NCBI GenBank assembly: GCA_038229875.1
Contig: JBBROA010000003.1
Span: 1,465 to 65,464, forward strand
Source: Thermoanaerobaculia bacterium
GTDB taxonomy: Bacteria; Acidobacteriota; Thermoanaerobaculia; UBA5066; Gp7-AA6
Direction: 5' to 3'
Length of the DNA stretch: 64,000 bases
Shown piece by piece: positions 7,658 through 14,161 of this stretch. The notes below the pieces were generated by a model, which made no database searches, had not been told where the DNA came from, and saw only the letters and a program-made list of their open reading frames with translations. Made by a program: the position numbers and the translations under genes. Position 1 is the stretch's first letter. Each line of letters starts with the position of its first letter.

Positions 7658-8062
7658 TCACGGGCCATACGTTGCCTGCGGCCAAACGAAGAGGAGAAAT
7701 AAGTAGCACGAGGCCGTCACCACCAAAGGGCCACGGAGGCTACGATGCGTCACCGTGGAGAGGGCCAGAGTAACTCCCGCGACGAGCAGAAAGAGGGCGG
7801 CATTTAAGGCGACCTCAACGGCGAGTATCGCGCCGAACGCCAGGACGGTCGTGCCTGTTAGCGCGACGAGGATCCCGCGTGAGTTCCAGAACAGGGCTTG
7901 CGCAAGGCGAGTGCCGAATCCGTGCCCGCCGAACAGGAAAGACTCTTCCGCTGGATGCAAGAGGAAAGTGCTGAGCGACACCAGAAGCGTTACAACTAGA
8001 AAGAAGCGGGCGGTTCTCGTGCCTGCTCGGCGAGCGCCGGAGGCAATTGTTTCAATGGTCAC
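7658..8062 (-). CDS. cassette ORF, multi-TM membrane protein (134 aa)
   Basis: ORF track; four hydrophobic helices. Confidence 0.55.
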   Translation of the reverse strand: MTIETIASGARRAGTRTARFFLVVTLLVSLSTFLLHPAEESFLFGGHGFGTRLAQALFWNSRGILVALTGTTVLAFGAILAVEVALNAALFLLVAGVTLALSTVTHRSLRGPLVVTASCYLFLLFVWPQATYGP

Positions 8063-8079
8063 GCCTGCGCCTTAGCGCC

Positions 8080-8149
8080 GCCTAACGTCTCAAAGCTCAG
8101 CGGCTCGCGCAGCGGAGCGGAGCGAGTCCGCTGCAGCGCGATGTTAGGC
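8080..8149 (-). repeat. attC site 15 (70 bp, private centre CTCGCGCAGCGGAGCGGAGCGAG)
   Basis: Same centre as attC 16 and 18, all of which belong to ORF-less cassettes. Confidence 0.9.
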
Positions 8150-8321
8150 GGTGCGCAGATTTGTAGGCCAGGACCGGACTCTCGCCGCCTGGCCACCCGA
8201 AGCGGCTCCTCTCCGACGCGTGGAAACTTGAGCCCTCTTCCGGCGGTATCGGTGATCACGCGGCACCTTCGAACCTTGCGGCCGGCTGGCCGAGCCTTGA
8301 GGCTGAAGATGACTCGCAGCC
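8150..8321 (-). other. ORF-less 172-bp integron cassette, copy B
   Basis: See copy A; indel-free alignment. Confidence 0.75.
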
Positions 8322-8391
8322 GCCTAACGTCCCAAAGCTCAGCGGCTCGCGCAGCGGAGCGGAGCGAGTCCGCTGCAGCGCGATGTTAGGC
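8322..8391 (-). repeat. attC site 16 (70 bp)
   Basis: Same private centre as attC 15 and 18. Confidence 0.9.
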
Positions 8392-8563
8392 GGTGCGCAG
8401 ATTTGCAGGACCGGACCAGACTCTCGCCGCTTGGCGGCCCGAAGTGGCTCCTCTCCGACGCGTGGAGACTTGAGCCCTCTCCCGCCGTCATCCGTGATCA
8501 TGCCGCACCTTTGACCCTTGCGGCCGGCTCCCCAAACCTTGATGCTGAAGACAAGTCGCAGCC
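8392..8563 (-). other. ORF-less 172-bp integron cassette, copy C
   Basis: See copy A. Confidence 0.75.
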
Positions 8564-8633
8564 GCCTAACGTCTCAAAGCTCAGCCGCGGCGGCGGCGAA
8601 GCCGACGACGTCGGCTGCAGCGCGATGTTAGGC
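8564..8633 (-). repeat. attC site 17 (70 bp)
   Basis: Consensus type. Confidence 0.9.
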
Positions 8634-8640
8634 CGCACGC

Positions 8641-8916
8641 CTACCATGCGAGCGCATGTCCCCGGATGAATCGCCAGAAGTAAACGGGCTCCGCAAAAGG
8701 ACCTAACAGAAAAATCGTCCAGAACCAGATCCGTTCCCTACCAGCTGGCACGCGGGAATTCTGCCGGATGTCCCAAAGATAAAAGAGCCATAAGCCAAAC
8801 TCGACAAGGACAAAACCAAACAGCGCCGCGCCGGGGATATCGACATCTGTGACGGCGAGAAGGAACGCGATCGGGATCTGCCCGAATGTCGCCAAGCCGA
8901 TCAGTGCCTTGCCCAT
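8641..8916 (-). CDS. cassette ORF, PLDc_N-like small membrane protein (91 aa)
   Basis: LFYLWDIRQNSRVPAGRERIWFWTIFLLGPFAEPVYFW resembles the PLD-nuclease N-terminal membrane domain. Confidence 0.55.
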   Translation of the reverse strand: MGKALIGLATFGQIPIAFLLAVTDVDIPGAALFGFVLVEFGLWLFYLWDIRQNSRVPAGRERIWFWTIFLLGPFAEPVYFWRFIRGHALAW

Positions 8917-8947
8917 ATCCCTATCGCCGACTGCGTCGCTTCGTGCG

Positions 8948-9017
8948 GCCTAACGTCCCAAAGCTCAGCGGCTCGCGCAGCGGAGCGGAGCGAGTCCGCT
9001 GCAGCGCGATGTTAGGC
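8948..9017 (-). repeat. attC site 18 (70 bp)
   Basis: Identical to attC 16. Confidence 0.9.
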
Positions 9018-9189
9018 GGTGCGCAGATTGGAAGCCTAGGACCGGACTCTCGCCGCACAGCCCCCCGAAGCGGCTCCTCTGCGACGCGTGGAGACTTGAG
9101 GCCTCTCCCGGCGGTATCCGTGATCACGCCTCACCCTTTAACCTTGCGGTCGGACGGCCAAGCCTCGACGCTGAAGGCAACTCGCAGCC
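9018..9189 (-). other. ORF-less 172-bp integron cassette, copy D
   Basis: See copy A. Confidence 0.75.
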
Positions 9190-9259
9190 GCCTAACGTCC
9201 CAAAGCTCAGCCGCGGCGGCGGCGAAGCCGACGACGTCGGCTGCAGCGCGATGTTAGGC
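9190..9259 (-). repeat. attC site 19 (70 bp)
   Basis: Consensus type. Confidence 0.9.
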
Positions 9260-9511
9260 GGCCGAGGCAAGCAGTGCTCCTAGCGCCATCCGGCCGAAGT
9301 TGGCCAACTGCGCCTCCGAAAACTCGAAGCGTCTTGCCTGGGCCGCATCCACATCGGCGAACGTGATGAAGACGTCGTGTTCCCATTTCCGTGCGGCCGA
9401 GTCCGCCAAGGTGACCATGTCGAGGGTGAGTTCGAGGGTTCCACCCATCGGTCTGACCGAAATGCACAGCCCTCGCCCACCCCGAATGCCGTCGTCCTTC
9501 GCACGTGCCAT
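9254..9511 (-). CDS. first cassette ORF, hypothetical protein (85 aa)
   Basis: Track ORF 9254..9556 trimmed to ATG 9511 behind AGGAGG (GTTAGGCGTCCAAAGATAGGAGGTCGCATG); stop in attC R'' TAA. Confidence 0.5.
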   Translation of the reverse strand: MARAKDDGIRGGRGLCISVRPMGGTLELTLDMVTLADSAARKWEHDVFITFADVDAAQARRFEFSEAQLANFGRMALGALLASAA

Positions 9512-9531
9512 GCGACCTCCTATCTTTGGAC

Positions 9532-9747
9532 GCCTAACATGTATTAGACCGCCCAATGCTGGCCGCCAACGCTGCGCAACGCGCTCCCCAATTCTTCCTC
9601 GCCGCTTCCTTCATTCGCACGAGATCTCTCTTCCTCTCACCATGTTGAGACTCCGGCAACCCTCTCGCGGTTCCCCCGTTAGCGAACCAAAACTGTCGCC
9701 TAACGTCCCTGCGAGCAGCAGCGGATTGGGAAATGGTGCTCATGGCC
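9532..9747 (-). other. intI-to-array junction containing candidate attI
   Basis: Minus strand has GTTAGGC cores at 9538-9532 and 9704-9698. GTTGCGC (9580-9574) and GTTGGCG (9570-9564) half-site-like repeats lie upstream of the 9538 core. Confidence 0.4.
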
Positions 9748-10755
9748 TCACAGGTTGTCCGCCGGGCTGCGGATGCCTCGGCCGCCGGTCCGATTCAAGA
9801 CGTGTGTGTAGATCATCGTTGTTTTGACGTCGGCGTGGCCCAGGAGCTCCTGGATGGTCCGGATATCGTAACCGTCTTCGAGCAGGTGGGTCGCGAAAGA
9901 GTGTCGCAGGGTGTGGCAGTGGACCGGTTTCTTGATGCCCGCGTCCCGTACGGCCTGGGCGAACGCCCTCTGCACGACGCTTTCATGCAAGTGATGGCGT
10001 CGCTCGACTTGTGTGCGCGGGTCGCGGCTTCGCTTTTCCGCCGGGAAGAGCCATTGCCATCCCCAATCGCGATCCGCGCCCGGGTACTTTCTCGCGAGCG
10101 CATCCGGAAGGTAGACGTCCCCGAAACCCTCCTCCAGGTCTTTCTCGTGCAGGCGCTTGACCGCCGACATCCAGGAGGCGAGCGGCGTCATCAGGGACTC
10201 GGGTAACGGCACCGGTCGGTCCCGGCCTCCTTTCGCTTCGCGCACCGTGATCCGGTGGAAGGCGTACTCCACGTCTTTGATCCGGAGCCGCAGGCACTCG
10301 AGCAGGCGCATTCCGCTTCCGTAGAGCAGCAGACAGATGACCCGCGGGTTTCCGGACAGGCGACCCACGATCGACCGGACCTCGGCGCGGGTGAGACCGG
10401 CCGGCTTCGTCCGGGGGCGTTGGGCGCGCACGACGTGGTCGAGAGGGCCGACCGGAGTCTCGAGCACGTGCCGGTATACGAACAGGATTGCGGCGAGCGC
10501 CTGGTTCTGCGTCGACGCGCTCACGCCGTGGGTCACCGCGAGGTCGAAGAGGAACGCGTTGATCTCCTGCTCCCCCATTTCCTTCGGATGCCGCTTGCCG
10601 TGGAAAAGGATATAGCGGCGGATCCAGCCGACGTAGGCCTCCTCGGTTCGGAGGCTGTAGTGGCGCGCCCGGATCGCGATCCGGACACGGTCGAGGAAGC
10701 GCGGCGGGCGCTGCGCGGAGTCGGGAGTCGGCCACGGCCCGGAGATCGTCGTCAT
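9748..10755 (-). CDS. intI: integron integrase (tyrosine recombinase)
   Basis: 335 aa; [36 protein letters not shown], IntI-specific insert [48 protein letters not shown] (R-H-R-Y). Confidence 0.95.
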   Translation of the reverse strand: MTTISGPWPTPDSAQRPPRFLDRVRIAIRARHYSLRTEEAYVGWIRRYILFHGKRHPKEMGEQEINAFLFDLAVTHGVSASTQNQALAAILFVYRHVLETPVGPLDHVVRAQRPRTKPAGLTRAEVRSIVGRLSGNPRVICLLLYGSGMRLLECLRLRIKDVEYAFHRITVREAKGGRDRPVPLPESLMTPLASWMSAVKRLHEKDLEEGFGDVYLPDALARKYPGADRDWGWQWLFPAEKRSRDPRTQVERRHHLHESVVQRAFAQAVRDAGIKKPVHCHTLRHSFATHLLEDGYDIRTIQELLGHADVKTTMIYTHVLNRTGGRGIRSPADNL

Positions 10756-10761
10756 CGCTTC

Positions 10762-11229
10762 TTACTTCTTGTCGCTGGCCAATCGGGAGGAGTGGCGCGG
10801 CGCAACCGTTCGCCCCGGACGATCCCCCTCACCTCCTCCCCGAGCGCGGGGAGAGGGAGAAAGTCCGCGGTCCGCCTCGACATAGCCCTCTCCGCGGGCG
10901 CGGGGAGAGGAGGAAGTTCCTGGAGCTTTGCGACGGGTCAGCGCGACGCCGGATAGGCCGGTTTTCTTTTCGAGCAGCCGCCGCTTCTGGACGGCATCGA
11001 GCATCTGCTGCGCGATGTAGAAGTCCGCGGACTTCTGCGTGCCGAGCGCTTCGATCGCTTTCAGCGTCGCTTCCGCGCGCGTCAGGTTTGGGTTTTCAGT
11101 CAGGAGATCGCGGATCACGTTCGAGAGCAGGGTTCGGTTCTGCCCGAACCCTCCCTGTCCGAGTGTCCGGACCGCTTCCAGCAGTTCTTTGAATGCGATG
11201 GCGAGAACCTGTCCTTCCCACCCGGTCAT
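10762..11229 (-). CDS. hypothetical protein orf155 between imuB and intI
   Basis: AAGGAG then ATG at 11229; helical-looking N-terminal 90 aa; C-terminal third is translation of two GC-rich palindromic repeats, so the true stop and function are uncertain. Confidence 0.45.
   Translation of the reverse strand: MTGWEGQVLAIAFKELLEAVRTLGQGGFGQNRTLLSNVIRDLLTENPNLTRAEATLKAIEALGTQKSADFYIAQQMLDAVQKRRLLEKKTGLSGVALTRRKAPGTSSSPRARGEGYVEADRGLSPSPRARGGGEGDRPGRTVAPRHSSRLASDKK
10836..10853. repeat. GC-rich palindromic REP-like element
   Basis: CTCCCCG-AGCG-CGGGGAG. Confidence 0.5.
10887..10910. repeat. GC-rich palindromic REP-like element
   Basis: CCTCTCCGCGGGCGCGGGGAGAGG. Confidence 0.5.
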
Positions 11230-11263
11230 GGCGAGACTCCTTATTGGGGTTAACACGTGTGAC

Positions 11264-12973
11264 TCAGTCATAGAGACCGTCCGCGAACCAGCTCTCGCCC
11301 CGCCGGTCGCGGAAGATTCGATACAGGCCGCCGTCGGACAGCTCGACGTCCCAGTAGTCGCGCTCCGCCGGAGAGTCCGACCACCAGCCTTCCTCGAGAG
11401 ACCACGGGCCGGCGGCGACGCGCACTGTCCCCTGGATGTCGAGAGAGGAGCCGGGCGCGGACTTGATCGACAGGAGACGCGGCGACCGCGTCTGAGAGAT
11501 CGGGACGACGACGGCGGCGGCGGCGGCGCGCCGGCCCTCTCCGTTCCCCGCCGCGGAAACCGCTGCAGCCTGGGCGGACGCGCGTCGGTTGCGGCTCTCG
11601 CCGGCGGCAACGGTGAGAGGCAACGGGGTCCGGACGGCGGCGGCGGGAGGAGTCGGCGTCTCGGCGGTTAAGACCTCGAGCGCGATCGGCGGCCGCAGCA
11701 CCCGCACCGCGAGAAGTCCGCGGCCGCGCCTGGGTGTGCGCGCGATCTCGGGCGGCGCCGGCGGCGCGTAGGAGGCGAGCGCGTACCGCTCCGGGCGGTG
11801 GCCGTCCACCGTGCGCGGAGATCCGACGCGGTCGGCGCCGAGCATCGAGGCGAGGCGCGCGATCGTCGTCGCGAGGCGGTCCGGCGACAGCGCGGCCGGT
11901 CCGAAGAGCGAGAGCTGCGCGCGCCGCGGCTTGTCCGGATGCGCGGAGAACGAGAACCCTGCGACCGCGGCGCCGGGCGGCCTCGCTTCGAGCTCGAGCC
12001 GCAGGAGCGTCAAGAGCGTCTTGACATCGCGGGTCGGCGCCGGCAGCGAGATCCCGCGCGCATCCACGCCCTCGGGATCGAGCTTCAGCGTCACCTCGAG
12101 CCGCGTGCACGCCAGCGCCTGCGATTCCAGCCGCGCGACGAGACGCTCGAGCGCTGCGTGCCCGACGAAGAGGAACGGCTCGAGAGTCACGAGCGGCCAC
12201 TCGAGGTCCATCCCCTCCGACAGCACGAGCGCGGGGACGCGCGGCTCGAGCGGACGCGGGTCGAACCCGCGCGCGGTCGCGTGGAGCTCGCGTCCGAGCT
12301 CGCCCAGGCGGCTGGCGACTTCTCCCTCCGGCAGGCGCGCGAGCTCGCCGATCGAGTCGATTCCCCACTGCGTCAGTCGTGCGCCGATCTCCATCGCGGG
12401 AGCGAGCCGGTCGAGCGGCAGGGGGGCCAGGAACTTCGCCTCGTCTCCCTCCGGCACGACCTTCGGCGAATCGGGAAGCGACGCCGCCACGCGGGCCGCG
12501 AGCTTCGAGCCCGCGATCCCGACGCGCGCCGGAAGACCGGAGGCTTCGACCGCGGCGATCAGGCGCTGGCCGAGGAGCGACTCGGCGCGTTCCGCGGACA
12601 CGCCGTCCTTCGGAGAGAGACCGGGCAGACCGTCGAGGTCGAGGTACACCGAGCCCTCCCCCGCGTCCTCGACGCGAGGCGAGAACGAGTCGGCGATCTC
12701 GAGAAGCGCCTCCTGAGCCGCGCGCTCGCTTTCCGCGTCGCGGCCGCGCGCGACCAGCTTCGGGACGATCGCGCGGGACTGCGGGAGCGTCATCCCCTGG
12801 CGGATCCCCGCGCGGCGCGCCGGACGGGACGCCGCGATCACGCGCGCCGCGTTCCCGTTGCCCTCGAAGATCGCGACCGGCTCCCCCTTCAGCTCCGGCT
12901 CGCTGCGCAGTCTCGCCGCGAGAGAGAAGAGAGGGACATCGAGGCAGGCGATGCGGGCGCGGGGACGCGTCAT
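11264..12973 (-). CDS. imuB: ImuB, Y-family polymerase-like mutagenesis protein
   Basis: Track ORF 11264..13909 trimmed to MTRPRARIACLDVPLFSLAARLR...; typical ImuB N-terminus and YWDVEL...YRIF C-terminus; ATGA overlap with the imuA stop. Confidence 0.85.
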   Translation of the reverse strand: MTRPRARIACLDVPLFSLAARLRSEPELKGEPVAIFEGNGNAARVIAASRPARRAGIRQGMTLPQSRAIVPKLVARGRDAESERAAQEALLEIADSFSPRVEDAGEGSVYLDLDGLPGLSPKDGVSAERAESLLGQRLIAAVEASGLPARVGIAGSKLAARVAASLPDSPKVVPEGDEAKFLAPLPLDRLAPAMEIGARLTQWGIDSIGELARLPEGEVASRLGELGRELHATARGFDPRPLEPRVPALVLSEGMDLEWPLVTLEPFLFVGHAALERLVARLESQALACTRLEVTLKLDPEGVDARGISLPAPTRDVKTLLTLLRLELEARPPGAAVAGFSFSAHPDKPRRAQLSLFGPAALSPDRLATTIARLASMLGADRVGSPRTVDGHRPERYALASYAPPAPPEIARTPRRGRGLLAVRVLRPPIALEVLTAETPTPPAAAVRTPLPLTVAAGESRNRRASAQAAAVSAAGNGEGRRAAAAAVVVPISQTRSPRLLSIKSAPGSSLDIQGTVRVAAGPWSLEEGWWSDSPAERDYWDVELSDGGLYRIFRDRRGESWFADGLYD

Positions 12974-13899
12974 GCCGAGTCGCGGATCGGGACGAGGAGG
13001 GCGGAGACGGCGCGCTCCGGGCTCCCTGCCGCCCTCTCCCCCGGCGCGCGGGGAGAGACGGGTGGCACGGGAGTGAGCGAAGACGCGGGCTCCGGGGCAG
13101 ACGTAAGGGAAAGCGAAAGCGAAAGCGCGCCGCGCGAATCCGGGGGCGGCGCCTGCCCGACGCGAAGCGAGAGCGGGACAGAAGTGCCGGGGGTCTCGCG
13201 CCCGAACTTGTCGAGCGAGACACGGGACGAGATCCCCTCGAGAAGACGCGGCGATTTTCCCGAGCCGAGCCACGCCGGGCGCGCGACGTTGGTTCCGAGA
13301 ACCGCTTCCGCCGCGATCCCCGTCATCCGCCACGGCGTCACGACGAGCAGGCACGCGCCCTGGGCCTGGGCGGCGCGGGCGAGGCGCACCCAGGCGGCAT
13401 CGGGCAGGTACCGCGCGCCACGAGGCGAGAGGCCGAGGTCGGCGACGACGAGCGGGAATCCCGCCGAGAGAAGCATCTCCGCGCAAGCGAGCGCGGACTT
13501 GAGCCGCGTCGGGCGGACCCACAGGAGCCGCGCGAGGTCGATCCCGGCGCGCCCGGCCGCTTCCGGATCCAGGTGATCGCCGAGGTCGACGAGCGCGGCC
13601 GGCTCTCCCGCGGAAGTTGCGGAGGCAAGCGCCGCGAGCGCGAGCGAGTGGCGACCGGAGGAGCGGCGGCCGACGAGCTCGACGAGCTTCCCTTTCGGAA
13701 GGCCTCCTAAGAGCCGCTCGATCGGGGCGTGCGCGTTGGCGGCGGACCCGGCAACCGGAGCGGCCGAACGCGCGGGAGGGGCGAGCTCCGAGGCGCGGGT
13801 CAGCCGGGCCGAGGTGCCGCTCAGGAGCGAGCCGCGCTTTGCCGTCGTCAGCGCGCCTGCCCGGAGGAGCTGCTCGAGGGCGATTCGCGAGGCGCTCAT
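12970..13899 (-). CDS. imuA: ImuA, RecA-fold SOS mutagenesis protein
   Basis: Track ORF 12970..14181 trimmed to MSASRIALEQLL...; GGLPKGKLVELVGRRSSGRHSLALAALA degenerate Walker-A typical of ImuA. Confidence 0.8.
   Translation of the reverse strand: MSASRIALEQLLRAGALTTAKRGSLLSGTSARLTRASELAPPARSAAPVAGSAANAHAPIERLLGGLPKGKLVELVGRRSSGRHSLALAALASATSAGEPAALVDLGDHLDPEAAGRAGIDLARLLWVRPTRLKSALACAEMLLSAGFPLVVADLGLSPRGARYLPDAAWVRLARAAQAQGACLLVVTPWRMTGIAAEAVLGTNVARPAWLGSGKSPRLLEGISSRVSLDKFGRETPGTSVPLSLRVGQAPPPDSRGALSLSLSLTSAPEPASSLTPVPPVSPRAPGERAAGSPERAVSALLVPIRDSA
13034..13057. repeat. GC-rich palindromic REP-like element inside imuA 3' tail
   Basis: CTCTCCCCCGGCGCGCGGGGAGAG. Confidence 0.5.
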
Positions 13900-13936
13900 G
13901 CCGCCACACCTTTCTCCGGCGGAGAGCCGGAAAAGG

Positions 13937-13965
13937 AAGATAGGCGTAAAAAAGGCGTAAATCAA
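13937..13965 (-). promoter_or_regulatory. candidate imuA promoter with direct repeat in spacer
   Basis: Minus strand TTGATT-N17-TATCTT about 40 nt upstream of the imuA ATG; spacer holds TTTACGCC twice, 11 bp apart. Confidence 0.3.
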
Positions 13966-14161
13966 GATGACAAGCCGTGTCCGATCCCAGGTGAGGACAG
14001 GCGAGGAAGTGTCAGTTAAATCATTGGTATTCCATGAGCTTACGGCCACGCGCTCGCGCCAGCCGCCGTCCCGGGATCGAGGCGGCGTAAACGCCTGTCC
14101 GGCTGTAAGATCCCGGCGCAGAAGCGTGCGGCCGGGCGGCGCGCGCGGCGGGGCGGCATCG

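Larger units (their letters stand above)
831..10755 (-). mobile_element. sedentary chromosomal integron: intI plus at least 19 attC-bounded cassettes, intI co-directional with cassettes (inverted-type layout)
   Basis: IntI-type recombinase at 9748-10755; 19 repeats GCCTAAC..GTTAGGC (RYYYAAC/GTTRRRY) spaced 172-973 bp apart; every cassette ORF on minus strand; six ORFs stop at the TAA inside the R'' box. Confidence 0.9.

Noticed and set aside
1233-9127. Many track ORFs share the peptide PNIALQ(P/R)TSPASPSPRLSF.TLGG (e.g. 1233..1487, 1671..1865, 2194..2439, 5246..5473, 8059..8259, 8256..8501, 8921..9127) or its plus-strand counterpart (NVSKLSRGDGEAGDVGCSAMLG)
   Set aside because: The shared peptide is simply the translated attC repeat. 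The flanking parts are unrelated or out of frame with the real cassette ORFs.
831-9259. Regularly spaced 70-bp repeats could be a CRISPR array
   Set aside because: The spacers are 172-973 bp and contain ORFs. The repeats are imperfect palindromes ending in RYYYAAC/GTTRRRY with L boxes. An IntI integrase is adjacent, and no cas genes are present.
9534-9743. 69-aa minus-strand ORF in the intI-array junction
   Set aside because: It has no RBS and an Arg/Ala-rich composition. It spans the candidate attI cores, so it is more likely non-coding recombination-site DNA.
10756-11263. Looked for a dnaE2 remnant between imuB and intI
   Set aside because: Only the 155-aa orf155 fits here. It shows no Pol III alpha (PHP or palm) motifs, and there is no space for a gene of about 1000 aa.
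11798-13576. 592-aa plus-strand ORF, plus other very long ORFs antisense to recognised genes (15228..16640, 24254..26158, 29727..31712, 39054..40361, 42418..43701, 43476..44756, 45444..47084, 47880..49427 upstream part, 61303..63324)
   Set aside because: These are typical high-GC shadow ORFs. They are extremely Arg/Pro/Gly/Asp-rich with no motifs. The opposite strand carries conserved families.
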